64,000 nt of DNA from positions 1 through 64,000 of IMG/VR virus record IMGVR_UViG_3300020112_000918. One strand, 5' to 3'. Shown one piece after another: positions 19,841 to 31,157 of the stretch (positions are counted from its first letter, which is position 1; every line of letters starts with the position of its first letter). Made by a program: the position numbers and the translations under genes. The notes under the pieces are model-generated. The model was not told the DNA's origin and searched no databases. It worked only from the letters and a program-made list of their open reading frames with translations. The stretch comes from a virus. Taxonomy: Duplodnaviria > Caudoviricetes.

Positions 19841-20479
19841 ATGCCTACAGAAAAAGAACTTCTGGAAAGCTCGAACCAGAAGCATGAAACACGTTCACAA
19901 GCTGGAAAGGATTGTCGCACTATTGTAAAGAAGATCTCGCAGATCACAGGAATGAAGTCCGATCCTATTCACAGACTTAAAAACTGTTGGATGAGAAGAG
20001 GAAACGGTTGGGATACAGACAAAGTAACTTTAGCAAAGGGAGCAGAAAATGCAGACCCTATAACTACTCTGTTTGCTCGTCTTATCCAGTTGATCAATGA
20101 CCATCAGCAAGCCGGAATTCTTGGTGACTTGGACGCTTACTTGGAAGACCTGACAAAGCACGGCATTAAGATCACCATTGACACAGACGATTTGTCTTAT
20201 AACCCTACAGTTCACAATCTTATCGTGGACTTGACCTCTTATCAAATGGTCATTCAGGAATGCGATGACGAAATCAAGGAAATGGGAGATGAAGCAGAAC
20301 AGATTCAGTTCGCTCCTAAACCAAAATTCCCTACAATAGCATCGCTGGCTTACAAAAAGTCTAAGGGAAAAGACATTGGCGATACTTGCCAAGCAGGAAT
20401 TGAAGAAGCTCTTCTTACTGAAAAGGCTCTTACTTATTTGCAGTCAGTAGACTTTGAAGAAGAAAAAGCTGAAGAATAA
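19841..20479 (+). CDS. hypothetical protein, weak resemblance to T4 DsbA/GapR-type dsDNA-binding proteins
   Basis: GGAGG SD; C-terminal DEIKEMGDEAEQ...KFPTIASLAYKK. Confidence 0.4.
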   Translation: MPTEKELLESSNQKHETRSQAGKDCRTIVKKISQITGMKSDPIHRLKNCWMRRGNGWDTDKVTLAKGAENADPITTLFARLIQLINDHQQAGILGDLDAYLEDLTKHGIKITIDTDDLSYNPTVHNLIVDLTSYQMVIQECDDEIKEMGDEAEQIQFAPKPKFPTIASLAYKKSKGKDIGDTCQAGIEEALLTEKALTYLQSVDFEEEKAEE

Positions 20480-20549
20480 AAACCTTTCTTGCTTCTTCAG
20501 GAATTATAATAAACAGGAAACTTAATATTATATAATTGGAGGAGCTTTT

Positions 20550-20861
20550 ATGAAAGCATCACTTACAGTAAAAGAAGAAAAGGATCTCGCTAGACAGCGT
20601 GAAACAGTTACCGCATTCCAGCACATTAAAGACCTTAAGGCTGGAGATGTTCTTCGCTACACAAAGAAAGCTAATTATCGCTTTCCTGAACTCGGAGGAC
20701 TTGTAGTCGTTTATTCCGTTTTGCCAGAATTCGAACACGAATGCAGCCAGGGTAGAATTCGTGAAAACGACTTCACAATGCTTGTTACTGATCCAGAAGA
20801 TGGAGAAATCATGCAGTTTGCTTTGGACTCTCGTTTCTTCGACAAAGTAGAAGTAGAATAA
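20550..20861 (+). CDS. hypothetical protein
   Basis: GGAGG SD, class-2 promoter upstream. Confidence 0.6.
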   Translation: MKASLTVKEEKDLARQRETVTAFQHIKDLKAGDVLRYTKKANYRFPELGGLVVVYSVLPEFEHECSQGRIRENDFTMLVTDPEDGEIMQFALDSRFFDKVEVE

Positions 20862-20906
20862 AAATTGGGAGCTTCGGCTCCCTTAAATAATGTGGAGGTT
20901 AGCGTA

Positions 20907-22532
20907 ATGGCTAAACAGTTAATTTTTTCGGAAGACGCTAGAAAGAAGCTCTACTCAGGAGTAGAGAAAATCGCTAAGGCTGTCATGACAACTTTGGGAC
21001 CTTGTGGTCGTATGGTTATGCTCGATAAAAAGTACGGAGGACCAACTATTACAAAAGATGGTGTTTCTGTTGCTAAAGACATCGACCTTGAAGATCCTTA
21101 CGAAAACATGGGTGCACAGCTTTTGAAAGAAGTTGCTTCTAACACAAATGACGACGCAGGAGACGGAACAACTACTTCAACCGTTCTTGCTTACGCTATT
21201 GTAAAAGAAGGACTTAAAACTGTAGCTGCTGGTATGACTCCTATCGGAGTTAAACGTGGTATCGATAAAGCTGTTTCAATCGCTGTAAAAGAAATTAAAA
21301 AGAACGCTCGTGCAGTGTCTGGCTCAGAAGACATCAAGAACGTAGCTGCTATTTCTGCAAACAACGATCCTGAAATCGGTAAACTCATTGCGGATGCTAT
21401 CGAAAAGGTAGGCAAAGACGGTGTTATCACTGTTGAAGAATCTAAGAACATGGAAACTTCTGTTCGTACTGTTGATGGTATGCAGTTTGACCGTGGTTAC
21501 ATAAGTGCTTATTTCGTTACAAACCGTGAAGAAATGTGCACTGAATTCAAAGATCCTTTTATTCTTATCCACGACAAAAAGATTTCTTCTATGAAAGAAC
21601 TTCTTCCTGTTCTGGAAAAAGTTGCAAATACAGGAAAGCCTTTGGTAATTATCTGTGAAGACATGGATGGCGAAGCTCTTACAACGCTCGTTCTCAATGC
21701 TATCCGTGGCACTCTTAAAACAGTTGTTGTTAAGGCTCCTGGATTCGGCGATCGCCGTAAGGACATGCTTCAGGATATCGCCATCCTTACAGGTGGACAG
21801 GTTATTTCTGAAGAAGTTGGTCTCAAACTTTCTGCTACAACTCTTGATCAGCTCGGAACAGCTAAGTCTGTAAAGATTGATAAAGACAACACAACAATCG
21901 TTGACGGGGCAGGAGACACAGAAGCAATCAAAGAACGCACTGCCGAAATTCGTAAACTCATCGCAGACACAACATCTTCTTACGACAAAGAAGCTCTTCA
22001 GAAACGTCTCGCTAAACTTGCAGGTGGCGTAGCTATCGTAGAAATCGGTGCTGTTACTGAAACAGAGATGAAAGAAAAGAAGTTCCGCGTAGAAGACACA
22101 CTTGCTGCTACTCGTGCTGCTCTTGAAGAAGGAATTGTTATGGGTGGTGGATCAGCTCTTATTGAAGTTGCTAAAGCCCTTGACGAAATTCCTGCTGATC
22201 TCACAGAAGACGAAAAAGCTGGATTCAAGATCGTTCGTCGTGCTCTTGAAGAACCTATTCGCCAGATCGCAGAAAATGCGGGACTGGATGGAGCTGTTAT
22301 TGCTGACAAAGCAAAGACTGCTAAAAAGGGAATGGGATTCAATGCTGCTACTCAGGAATGGGTAAATATGCTTGAAGCCGGAATTATCGACCCAGCAAAA
22401 GTAACTCGTTCTGCCCTTCAGAACGCTGCTTCTGTTGCAGGATGTTTGCTTACAACAGAATGCATTATTACTGACATTCCTACTAAAGAATGCGAATGCG
22501 GTAATAACAGTAACCCTGGAATGATGATGTAA
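20907..22532 (+). CDS. groEL: chaperonin GroEL
   Basis: [65 protein letters not shown]. Confidence 0.97.
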   Translation: MAKQLIFSEDARKKLYSGVEKIAKAVMTTLGPCGRMVMLDKKYGGPTITKDGVSVAKDIDLEDPYENMGAQLLKEVASNTNDDAGDGTTTSTVLAYAIVKEGLKTVAAGMTPIGVKRGIDKAVSIAVKEIKKNARAVSGSEDIKNVAAISANNDPEIGKLIADAIEKVGKDGVITVEESKNMETSVRTVDGMQFDRGYISAYFVTNREEMCTEFKDPFILIHDKKISSMKELLPVLEKVANTGKPLVIICEDMDGEALTTLVLNAIRGTLKTVVVKAPGFGDRRKDMLQDIAILTGGQVISEEVGLKLSATTLDQLGTAKSVKIDKDNTTIVDGAGDTEAIKERTAEIRKLIADTTSSYDKEALQKRLAKLAGGVAIVEIGAVTETEMKEKKFRVEDTLAATRAALEEGIVMGGGSALIEVAKALDEIPADLTEDEKAGFKIVRRALEEPIRQIAENAGLDGAVIADKAKTAKKGMGFNAATQEWVNMLEAGIIDPAKVTRSALQNAASVAGCLLTTECIITDIPTKECECGNNSNPGMMM

Positions 22533-22612
22533 AATCGTTCTTAAAACTAGTTGGCTCCCTTTCTCCGGAAGGGGAGCTTCACTGCGGTGAATAAAATTTG
22601 GAGAAATAAATT

Positions 22613-22906
22613 ATGCCTAGAAGAGTAGAAATCTCAACTTGTCTTGAATGTCCTTATCAGTGCAACAAAAAAGGAGAAAATGCTCCTTTCTGCAATGCAC
22701 TTAATTCTTACATCGAAGCAGACCCTACTATTGAAGTAGATGAACGTTGCCCTCTTGAAGAAGTTCGTATCGGGGATAATAAAGAAGACCATAAAGCAGC
22801 TGTGAAGCATATTTATCAGATCCTTCAGAAAAAAGGAATGAACGAAGATTCTCTTCACGACGCTAATACATATTTTAATCAGTATCTGAAAGACCTGGAA
22901 AGATAA
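22613..22906 (+). CDS. hypothetical Cys-rich protein
   Basis: CLECPYQC...FC...CPL; GGAG SD. Confidence 0.55.
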   Translation: MPRRVEISTCLECPYQCNKKGENAPFCNALNSYIEADPTIEVDERCPLEEVRIGDNKEDHKAAVKHIYQILQKKGMNEDSLHDANTYFNQYLKDLER

Positions 22907-23002
22907 AAGAATATCGCAGTAATGGAAAGTCTGAAAAAATTTTAAAAATAAAAAAGCCTTTTTCGTACCTCTCAGGAATTATAATACATAGGGAGAACTG
23001 CG

Positions 23003-23746
23003 ATGGCTTTTATGTCAGTTACAAAAACAAGAGGATCTTTAATTCTACAGATTAAGATACCTCTCTTACACAAATACGCTGGAGGTGGCGTAGCCTTATT
23101 CCAGGAGATCAACGGTGAAACCTGTGTTCTTTTGGGAAAGCGAACTAACGCACCTTTCGCTAGAAGATGGACTTTTCCAGGGGGAGGACAGGAGTTTAAG
23201 GAAACTCTTTTCCAAACAGCTCTGAGAGAATTCAAAGAAGAAACAGGGTGCACTATTCACGGAAGATTTATTTCAAGACTAGGTAACCTGAAAATTAAGA
23301 GACCTTTGTACCGTTGGCAGACAGTTCTGATCGAAACTAAACAGCTGATCAATCCTGTAAAAAGTGCCTGGACAAAGACCTACGGGGGAGAGTTTTCTGA
23401 GATGCTCTGGGTTCCACTTAAGGACTTGAGCAAGTTCAGATTACATCCTTTTGTGAAAAAAGCAATCAAGGCTTATCTGAAAGACGGGGTTATGAAAAAA
23501 TACACTCCAAAGCCTAGTAAGAAGCCAAGATCAACTCAGAAGACTTTCCAGAAAAGTTCTTCTTACAGAAAACCAACTTACAAAAACAGTTGGGTAGACC
23601 TCCCTGAGTTCGCTAGCACACCAAAGCCTGTTAGAACTCGGAGAGTTGAAGAGGACTATACATTACGTTTAGTCAAAATAGATAAAGACGGGACAAAGTA
23701 TTTTGAGCCTATCTATAAAAACGTAGCCGTAAAAAGTGGTAGATAA
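23003..23746 (+). CDS. Nudix hydrolase with basic C-terminal tail
   Basis: WTFPGGGQEFKETLFQTALREFKEETG. Confidence 0.85.
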   Translation: MAFMSVTKTRGSLILQIKIPLLHKYAGGGVALFQEINGETCVLLGKRTNAPFARRWTFPGGGQEFKETLFQTALREFKEETGCTIHGRFISRLGNLKIKRPLYRWQTVLIETKQLINPVKSAWTKTYGGEFSEMLWVPLKDLSKFRLHPFVKKAIKAYLKDGVMKKYTPKPSKKPRSTQKTFQKSSSYRKPTYKNSWVDLPEFASTPKPVRTRRVEEDYTLRLVKIDKDGTKYFEPIYKNVAVKSGR

Positions 23747-23761
23747 GTCAAGGAGGATAAC

Positions 23762-24199
23762 ATGACTTTAGTAGCAACAATTTTATCAGTTTGTTTGGTT
23801 CTTGCTCTCGCAGCAGGAGTTGGTGAAACATGCATTGCATCTTATAACATCCGTCGGGCAAGACGTGCTGAAAGTAAGATCCGTGATGCAGAAGCAAAAG
23901 AAGAAAGAGCTACCAGTATTCTTGAACGTGCTGAAAAGCAGGCTGCTGAACGCCAGCAAGACCTTGCAAAACAGTTTGCTTCTATAGTTGAAAACTTTGT
24001 TAAGCCAAACAGAGCAGCCTTTATCAAAACAGCAAAAGCTGCCCACAAGTCAGGCAAAACTGAAAGGGTAAACACTATTATTAGTTTGCTTTCTTCTATT
24101 AAAAATGTTTACCTTCAGGACGAAGAAGCTCGCCAGTATGTAAGCGACCTTATGAACGACCTTCAGAACACAGTGGATGGCGTATCTGACACTGAATAA
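23762..24199 (+). CDS. membrane-anchored coiled-coil protein
   Basis: N-terminal hydrophobic helix followed by coiled coil. Confidence 0.6.
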   Translation: MTLVATILSVCLVLALAAGVGETCIASYNIRRARRAESKIRDAEAKEERATSILERAEKQAAERQQDLAKQFASIVENFVKPNRAAFIKTAKAAHKSGKTERVNTIISLLSSIKNVYLQDEEARQYVSDLMNDLQNTVDGVSDTE

Positions 24200-24270
24200 A
24201 TAAACTGCTTAGCAGAATCTCCCGTAGCCCTTCAGGAAATTCCTGAGGGCTTTTTATTTCCTATTTATTT

Positions 24271-25224
24271 ATGAACGCAGTATACCCTCTTTTTAGAGAA
24301 GCATTAGTAACCTCAGTTGAAGACCCAGAAGAACTCGGAAGAGTTCAATTACGGGTCTTACCAGAATTGTCAGAACACGACGAAGCAGATCTACCTTGGT
24401 GCTTTCCTGAATCTACGGGGATCCACGGAAAAAGTTTCGGTATGCCACAAGTAGGACAAGCCGTATCTTGTATTGTCTGGACAAAGCTCTGGTGTGAAAT
24501 AACTTATCTTCCCATGGTAATTCGTAAACCTAAAGAACATCCTTTTCAGGACTGGATGGACAATCAGCGTAGCATGATTGACGACATGGCTAACGACCCA
24601 GAAGAAAAAGATCTGGTTGTAAATCAGTATGCCGATGATTTTAGTGAATACCACGATACAGCAAATAACGAACACGGATTCTTACATCCCTCGGGAACTT
24701 ACGTTACTATTGACAAAGACGGAACAGCTTTTATGAAAGGTGTAAAAGAGCTGCACGTTCACGATGGGGATGGAAATTTTGAAGCCATTATTGACTTTAC
24801 TTCCGGAGACATTACTCTTACTACTAAAGGAAAGCAGGAGAAAACTGTTGAAGGAGATTTAACAGAGACTGTAAAAGGAAAGGCTGAAACAACTATAGAA
24901 GGAGATGCTACCCAGACTTATAAAGGAAAGCAATCTCTTGAAGTAGGAGGAGATTCTGAGCAGACTTACAAAGGAAAGTGGAGCGTATCTGTAACGGGTG
25001 ACGCTTCTATTGAGAGTAAAGGGGCTGTCAACATTAAAGCAACCTCATCCTGCAAAGTTGAAGCATCTTCTGAAGTAAACATAAAAGCTCCTCAGTGTGT
25101 AATCGATTCTCAGATTCTGAACTTTAAGGGAACAAAATCTCAGGGAACTGTTCCTCCGTCTGGTTCCGGAGTTCTGTGCGGAATTCCGGCTTGTATCTGT
25201 TCAGGTGCTCCACACGTAGGATAA
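24271..25224 (+). CDS. baseplate central spike (gp5/gpV-like)
   Basis: DPEELGRVQLRV...LPWC OB-fold, HPSGT, VxGx beta-helix repeats, Cys/His tip. Confidence 0.85.
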   Translation: MNAVYPLFREALVTSVEDPEELGRVQLRVLPELSEHDEADLPWCFPESTGIHGKSFGMPQVGQAVSCIVWTKLWCEITYLPMVIRKPKEHPFQDWMDNQRSMIDDMANDPEEKDLVVNQYADDFSEYHDTANNEHGFLHPSGTYVTIDKDGTAFMKGVKELHVHDGDGNFEAIIDFTSGDITLTTKGKQEKTVEGDLTETVKGKAETTIEGDATQTYKGKQSLEVGGDSEQTYKGKWSVSVTGDASIESKGAVNIKATSSCKVEASSEVNIKAPQCVIDSQILNFKGTKSQGTVPPSGSGVLCGIPACICSGAPHVG

Positions 25225-25228
25225 TTGT

Positions 25229-25759
25229 ATGCCACTAAATCCCGCAGCTCTTGCTAACAAAATCATGTCCGCAATCCAGAACCAGGATAAAGCTGACACA
25301 GTTATGAGAAAATTGGGTCAGGCTATTTCTGAGTATCTGTGCGATAATACTACGGTAATGTATTCTTGGGTAGGAATGCAACCCGCAGTTCCTTCACCGA
25401 TTCCTGATCCTGTCGTTGTCTGTCAATCTACTAGGCTCATGGGGTCGTTTGTTTGCACGCCCACAAATGCTACTTCTGCTACGCAAAACGGAATTCAACT
25501 AGGTGAGCAGATACGATCTGGAATAGGTCAGCTACAAGCTGTTCCACCTACAGGATTTTCAATTCCTCCTGCTACGTTCGCAAATGCAGCTCCTATTCTG
25601 CTTATGCCTACTCAAGCAACGTCAGGATTCCAGCATTGGCTACAATGGTCTACAACTATTATAACAACTTTTATGACTTACATAAATCCTACTCCCTTGC
25701 CAGGAGCTCATGCTTCGTTCATAGGCTCTCCAGGGGCGATTATGACTACAATTTTTTAA
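25229..25759 (+). CDS. hypothetical virion-associated protein
   Basis: Follows the spike gene; Pro/Thr-rich. Confidence 0.5.
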   Translation: MPLNPAALANKIMSAIQNQDKADTVMRKLGQAISEYLCDNTTVMYSWVGMQPAVPSPIPDPVVVCQSTRLMGSFVCTPTNATSATQNGIQLGEQIRSGIGQLQAVPPTGFSIPPATFANAAPILLMPTQATSGFQHWLQWSTTIITTFMTYINPTPLPGAHASFIGSPGAIMTTIF

Positions 25760-25769
25760 GGAGAAAAAG

Positions 25770-26168
25770 ATGATCTTACTAAAAGAATTCAAGGCTGCTC
25801 GTAACGGGCTTGAACTAAACGCAGTAGAAGCAGAAGACCTTTTAAACTTCTTCGGCTTCGGAGGTTGGAACGGCTATGTAACAAGAGTACGGGGCGACCT
25901 CTTGAGCGATAAGGGAGAACCCATCGTAAAGGGTGAAAACACTTCTAAGTGGGAAAAACACACTATTACAATGGGATGGGGATTCAACCTTAGAATTGAC
26001 AATGTAGACGTTCAGCAAGGATTTGCTAAATGCAAGTTTTATCTGACTAAAACAAGTCCAAGCATGGCTTATCTGCGAATTGAAAGTCAGGGAAAAACGC
26101 TTGACATCGATTTAAATCAGACTTATGAAGCAGCTGAAAACTTCATCAAAAGCAGAGACAGAAAATAG
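25770..26168 (+). CDS. hypothetical protein with N-terminal LxE tag
   Basis: MILLKE start; AAGGAG SD. Confidence 0.6.
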   Translation: MILLKEFKAARNGLELNAVEAEDLLNFFGFGGWNGYVTRVRGDLLSDKGEPIVKGENTSKWEKHTITMGWGFNLRIDNVDVQQGFAKCKFYLTKTSPSMAYLRIESQGKTLDIDLNQTYEAAENFIKSRDRK

Positions 26169-26223
26169 ACTAACAGGGCTTAAAGGACACATAACAAGAG
26201 TGCTTTTAAGCCCTATTTAGTTT

Positions 26224-27246
26224 ATGAGTACTAATTCAACAGATTACGGAGCTCAGAGACTTTCCTTTGACTACCGTTCAGATGCAAGAGCATCTGTTTT
26301 TAACAAGATATTCTATAATCTCCTTCCATATGGTATCTACAACGGAGGAAATCTCGTAAGATTGAATAACGTTTCTATCATGGTTGAACCTATGACAGTA
26401 GTTATTCCTTCTAATAACAATGATTCCATTGCTGTTAAAATTGATACCACTGAAACTCAGATTGTAAACTTTGCTTCTTCCCTTGCTGGAAGTTGTGACA
26501 CAAGCAAACCTTATGTAATATTAAGATTCGGATGGTCGGATGAAGAAGAGAACTACATGGAGATTCTTACTTCTTCTTATGAAGCTATTCTTGAAACTGA
26601 TATTATCTTAGGTAAAGTAAATTTCCAGCTTAACGGAAGTTCTTACATAGTTGCTTTAAACTCAACATTTGATCTTTCTCGCAGACAACTTGCAACTTTA
26701 GCAAACTTTGAAAGGCTGAAAACTCTTTTAAAGGTATCTGCTACAGAACCTCCTTCAAACAAAGTAGCTATTTCCGGAGGAACTTTAGTTACTTCTAAAG
26801 GAAAATACTCTGTGACGGGAGGTCAGTTCCCTGAGAATGGAATACAGGCTCCTGTTGCTTCTCGAATAGACATCATAGGATTTAATGATAAAGGTGAAAT
26901 CGTTTATGTAACAGGAATTGATGAGGTCAACGCTAAAGCTCCTTCTTATAGCAATCTTAAAGTTCTTGCAGAGATTCATTTAACTGCAGGACAGAGTGTA
27001 GTAACAGGAACAGATATTACTGTGGTCAATGACAGCTCTGTTCTTCAGGGGTCTATCGCTCCTGAAGACGTTCCAATTCTGGACCCAGATGAACACTTTC
27101 CTGAAGCCGTCCGTAAAATTACAGCAGCTTTGCACTATCTGTGGACACACAGTCTTGTTCTCAATCACAACAGTCCTGAAGTAAGTGCTTATCAGCTGGA
27201 TGCTGAAACAGATTTAAACTATCCTCTCGGGGATTTATTTATCTAG
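26224..27246 (+). CDS. putative baseplate/tail-fibre attachment protein
   Basis: Late motif upstream; two repeats of the beta-rich RIDII...P...LAEI module typical of tail proteins. Confidence 0.55.
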   Translation: MSTNSTDYGAQRLSFDYRSDARASVFNKIFYNLLPYGIYNGGNLVRLNNVSIMVEPMTVVIPSNNNDSIAVKIDTTETQIVNFASSLAGSCDTSKPYVILRFGWSDEEENYMEILTSSYEAILETDIILGKVNFQLNGSSYIVALNSTFDLSRRQLATLANFERLKTLLKVSATEPPSNKVAISGGTLVTSKGKYSVTGGQFPENGIQAPVASRIDIIGFNDKGEIVYVTGIDEVNAKAPSYSNLKVLAEIHLTAGQSVVTGTDITVVNDSSVLQGSIAPEDVPILDPDEHFPEAVRKITAALHYLWTHSLVLNHNSPEVSAYQLDAETDLNYPLGDLFI

Positions 27247-27255
27247 GAGACCAAA

Positions 27256-28944
27256 ATGGCAGAATCAGTTTTTAACGTTGAAGCAGCGAAGAGTTATATA
27301 AAGAGATTTACAAATACTGTAGTATTTGGTAAAAGCGAAGTTACAGTAGAATCCACAGCAGCCAAGTCTGTATTCTTTTGTAAAGTTCCTCTAAGTTCTT
27401 CTCATATTATTCTGGCTGAGATTGCAGACAATAAAAATGCTAAAGTAGGTTCGCTTTCTTTTGCTTTAACAACTGGAAAAACTGCTTACACGGATTCCAG
27501 TATTACAGTTTTAGGAGCATCCTCATCTGAGATGATTTCTCAAACAAAGATTCTTGTTAGTGTAAACTTTGAAGATGTAGAAGACTTGACTCATGTTCTC
27601 GTAGGGCTTAAATTAAACACTTATGGAAATCTCAAATTTACCTATCAGGTAATTAGTTCTAACCGAGCTATCGTAACTCCTGTTGCTTTCTCGAGAGAAG
27701 TTCTAGTAAACTACAAACTTTACGATGTTTCAAAAGGCTATCTTTTAGACAGAGCCTTGTTCGAAGAAACAGACACCTTGAATGCTTTCCGTAAATGGTC
27801 TGGTACGTACCAGTACTCAGCTAATGACCCTGTGTTCTATGGTTCACGTCTTTATTACGCTAATCCGAATTCTTTACCATCTGCTGGAGAAGATCCTGTT
27901 CATTATCCTTCTAAGTGGGTTGAATTAGCTACCGCAGAAATTCCGGATACAGATATTTCCAAAGGAGCTAAAACTCCACAGCTTTTTTATGATAAATCTC
28001 TTGTAATCTCAAATGATACTGCTGCAGGACTTCGTAAAGCTAGAAGAGACGTAGGATTCCAGTATCCTTCTTCTAACTCTAAGGTTTATCACTTTGATAA
28101 TGACTTATTTGACCAGCTTCAAGAAAACTCAATCCAGAGTTGTATAGAAGTTGATCAAGCTCCTGAAATAGAACCTTTCTTTGTAAGCAAAGGAATGGTA
28201 GGAGTAGGAATATCTTCTGATCCTGCTATCAGCTTTAAGCCTTTAAAAGAAGTTCCAGCTTTTTATTATGGAAACTTTGGTTTAAGAAAGTCCTTGACTC
28301 TTGCAACAGGAAACAACTTATTTGCTTTTCATTTTAAATACTCTAACGTAGCTCAGCTGACTAATGAACATATTTTGGTTCTTTCATTTCCTACAGGTGA
28401 AAAGCTCCATTTAGTAGCTAACTACTCGGAAATTGATTATAATGTGGACCCAACTATGACTTACTGGGACACAGAAAGTACTCCTGTCTATTCAGAAGGA
28501 CAAACTTTAACAACTGCCTTAGCTGTGCTCTCCTACTACGGAGCACAGATTAATAAAACAGAAGTATTCAGAGGATATCCTCTAGTAGAAGACTCTTGGG
28601 CTCATTTATGTGTCAAAGTAAATTTCGATTCTATTACACTTTTCTTCCGAGGACAGCAAGTAACTGTTCCTAGACAGACAGATGGATTTGGCTCAATTGA
28701 GTACTCGATTAATCGTAGTCATCATGCTTTCTCTATTGATGAACTTATTTGGGATACAACTGCTGCTCTTCCTTTTAGTCGTTACAATGAACTTTCTACT
28801 GAGTCACTTCCTTGGGCTGAGCATGAAAAGAACGATAACTGGTTTGTACTTCATGCACAGGATACAGACAAGGTTGACACAAATTTGTTTGACACAGATT
28901 TGTTTAAACAAAAAGTACGGGAAGTTGTTTCCTCTATGGAATAA
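27256..28944 (+). CDS. putative tail fibre/baseplate protein with LamG-like C-terminus
   Basis: Beta-rich; YHFDN, WAHLCV, SIDEL motifs. Confidence 0.5.
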   Translation: MAESVFNVEAAKSYIKRFTNTVVFGKSEVTVESTAAKSVFFCKVPLSSSHIILAEIADNKNAKVGSLSFALTTGKTAYTDSSITVLGASSSEMISQTKILVSVNFEDVEDLTHVLVGLKLNTYGNLKFTYQVISSNRAIVTPVAFSREVLVNYKLYDVSKGYLLDRALFEETDTLNAFRKWSGTYQYSANDPVFYGSRLYYANPNSLPSAGEDPVHYPSKWVELATAEIPDTDISKGAKTPQLFYDKSLVISNDTAAGLRKARRDVGFQYPSSNSKVYHFDNDLFDQLQENSIQSCIEVDQAPEIEPFFVSKGMVGVGISSDPAISFKPLKEVPAFYYGNFGLRKSLTLATGNNLFAFHFKYSNVAQLTNEHILVLSFPTGEKLHLVANYSEIDYNVDPTMTYWDTESTPVYSEGQTLTTALAVLSYYGAQINKTEVFRGYPLVEDSWAHLCVKVNFDSITLFFRGQQVTVPRQTDGFGSIEYSINRSHHAFSIDELIWDTTAALPFSRYNELSTESLPWAEHEKNDNWFVLHAQDTDKVDTNLFDTDLFKQKVREVVSSME

Positions 28945-28971
28945 AACTATTTAAGAGTGGAAGGATATACT

Positions 28972-29643
28972 ATGGAACAACTATCTAAACTTCTGCAAGC
29001 TCTGCAGGGATTTAATTTTCCAGAGCTTGCAGTTATCGCCTTTGTATTTCTCGCCTTCTGGATCTTCCAAAGGTCTGAGAGCTTTAATGAATTCTGTCGT
29101 CACGAAATTCAGGACATAGATGACGACAGACGAGAAGAATTGATGCACATGACTCAAGAAGTTGTAGCACAGCTTGCTAGAAACTCGGTTAGCGACTCTA
29201 TTAAGTGTGCTATGACAAGAAAAGCCTTAGCTGACGCAATTCTTTCACCCTTGGTTGAGAGCGTAAACTCAAATCACTTCACAAAACGACTTATGCCGGA
29301 ACATTATTCTTCTTTCCGTCAGGGTCTTTTACGCAGAATGGAGTCCAGCTATTCTTCTATTCGACAGGCTTATGTTGATTTTGACTGTGAGCAAAGTCCT
29401 GTTCCGGAATGGAAAGAAAGTAAGCAGATATGCGAATACATTCTTGCTTACTGGTTGTCTGAACTTTGTCTAAGCGTCTCTCACAGCTGCGAACGAAAGC
29501 TGGCTGCTTATGAGAAGTATCTACCTCATTTCAAAATGTCATTTCATTATCGTTCAATTACAAAAGATCGGATTAAGAGAAATAAAGTTTACATAAAAGA
29601 ATTGAACGAACTTCACTCAAAATTAAAACAGGAACTAAAATAA
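28972..29643 (+). CDS. hypothetical membrane-anchored protein
   Basis: N-terminal TM segment. Confidence 0.55.
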   Translation: MEQLSKLLQALQGFNFPELAVIAFVFLAFWIFQRSESFNEFCRHEIQDIDDDRREELMHMTQEVVAQLARNSVSDSIKCAMTRKALADAILSPLVESVNSNHFTKRLMPEHYSSFRQGLLRRMESSYSSIRQAYVDFDCEQSPVPEWKESKQICEYILAYWLSELCLSVSHSCERKLAAYEKYLPHFKMSFHYRSITKDRIKRNKVYIKELNELHSKLKQELK

Positions 29644-30065
29644 TGAAAAGTATCTTACTATGGATTCATCAGCTTCCGCAGAATCTTGTAGGATTCTTTC
29701 TCTCTTTGTCCGCAAAAGAAGTTATTTACGTAACCTTTAATGACGGTCAGAGAGGAAGAGTCTTCTTTACAAGTAACGTATTTGGTTGTGGAGTTTCTCT
29801 CGGAGATTTTATTCTTCTAGACTACGACTACTACTGGGAGCGTATTCATTACAAAACCGTTCAGATGATCTTTAATCACGAGCATGGTCATCAGAAACAG
29901 TCTCGCTATCTAGGATGGCTCTACCTACTTTCAATTGGAATTTTATCAGCTTGTGGAAACTTAGTAGATAGAATTGCTCATAAAAAGGGTCACAGACAAG
30001 GATGTCGGTATTATAAACAGCCATGGGAAAAATGGGCTGATCAGCTAGGTCAGGTAACCCGTTAA
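29643..30065 (+). CDS. HExxH putative metallopeptidase-like membrane protein
   Basis: HEHGHQKQS..LGWLYL, PWEKWAD. Confidence 0.55.
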   Translation: MKSILLWIHQLPQNLVGFFLSLSAKEVIYVTFNDGQRGRVFFTSNVFGCGVSLGDFILLDYDYYWERIHYKTVQMIFNHEHGHQKQSRYLGWLYLLSIGILSACGNLVDRIAHKKGHRQGCRYYKQPWEKWADQLGQVTR

Positions 30066-30076
30066 GGAGATATTTT

Positions 30077-30337
30077 ATGGATGAAAATGGAAAACTTAAG
30101 GTTAATTACAAGCTGTCTCTTTTGTGGGCTTTGATTGCAGTGATTCTTGCCATCGTAGCAATGTTTACAGGAGGAGACTTTTCTGAAACAACTCAGAATG
30201 CTTACACCTCGGGTTCTTTTATCGGGGAAGATGTAGCAAAGGTGATTCAGTGGCCAATCTGTGCTTCGGTTGTCTTCGGCTTGTGTGGAACAGTTGAAGA
30301 CGTTGTAAAAGTAATCAGTGCTTTTAAGAATAAATAA
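30077..30337 (+). CDS. small 2-TM protein, possible holin
   Basis: Two hydrophobic helices and a basic C-terminus. Confidence 0.45.
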   Translation: MDENGKLKVNYKLSLLWALIAVILAIVAMFTGGDFSETTQNAYTSGSFIGEDVAKVIQWPICASVVFGLCGTVEDVVKVISAFKNK

Positions 30338-30385
30338 ATCCCTACTTAAGAGACCTCCGGAATTATAAAAACTGGAGGTCTTTTT

Positions 30386-30865
30386 ATGTATAAAACCGAA
30401 AATGAATTTAGACAGCAAGAAAAAATTGAGCCACAGTGTATCGTTTTAACTCCTTGGGAAGAGTTTGCTCCTTCTATTGAATCTGTTATAGACCATAAGC
30501 GTGTTGTTTATGAATACGATGCCATGGTAAAAAGTTTAGCAGAAAGCTATCGTAAGAATTCTGCTGAACCAGAAGATCCTGATTATGACTTCGAAACTCA
30601 GGCTATGGAATGGATTTCAGTAAACACTATACGAAGTCTACCTTACTGGCCAGAAGAATTCCGTCCTTTCGTAGCTATCATCTCTAAAGAGGAGCTGGAT
30701 GAATACTGGAAAAACGCTCTTGACAAATATGGGAATGAAATTACGGGGCTGTTTGACTTAGTAGGATTCCAGAAAGAGTTAGCATACGCTCGTCAGGAAA
30801 GCTACGATGAGTTGGAACAGACTCTGGACGAGCTGATCTCAAGGTGGCTTGCTTATGGAAAATAA
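30386..30865 (+). CDS. hypothetical protein
   Basis: Class-2 promoter and SD upstream. Confidence 0.6.
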   Translation: MYKTENEFRQQEKIEPQCIVLTPWEEFAPSIESVIDHKRVVYEYDAMVKSLAESYRKNSAEPEDPDYDFETQAMEWISVNTIRSLPYWPEEFRPFVAIISKEELDEYWKNALDKYGNEITGLFDLVGFQKELAYARQESYDELEQTLDELISRWLAYGK

Positions 30866-31157
30866 AGACTGCATAACTATGGTAGGAAAACTGGTAACTT
30901 ATGAAGAGAATTCAGATCAGCTTGTTTTTCTTCTTAGGAGTCCAGACAAGACTGTTTTCTTAAAGCCGATTACTGCAAATCTTAAACTGCTGCCCAAAAA
31001 CCATAAAGAGAACTTTCGTTCTTACCTCAAAAATCACTCAGGAAAAACCCTTTTTATTAAGGGAGACTTTTTGCAAAGTATCTCAACTACAGACGTGTAT
31101 CCTACGTTTTTATGCGTAGGAACAGAAGACGTTATGAAAGAGGCAGGATTTTTATGA
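30855..31157 (+). CDS. hypothetical protein
   Basis: Operon context. Confidence 0.5.
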   Translation: MENKDCITMVGKLVTYEENSDQLVFLLRSPDKTVFLKPITANLKLLPKNHKENFRSYLKNHSGKTLFIKGDFLQSISTTDVYPTFLCVGTEDVMKEAGFL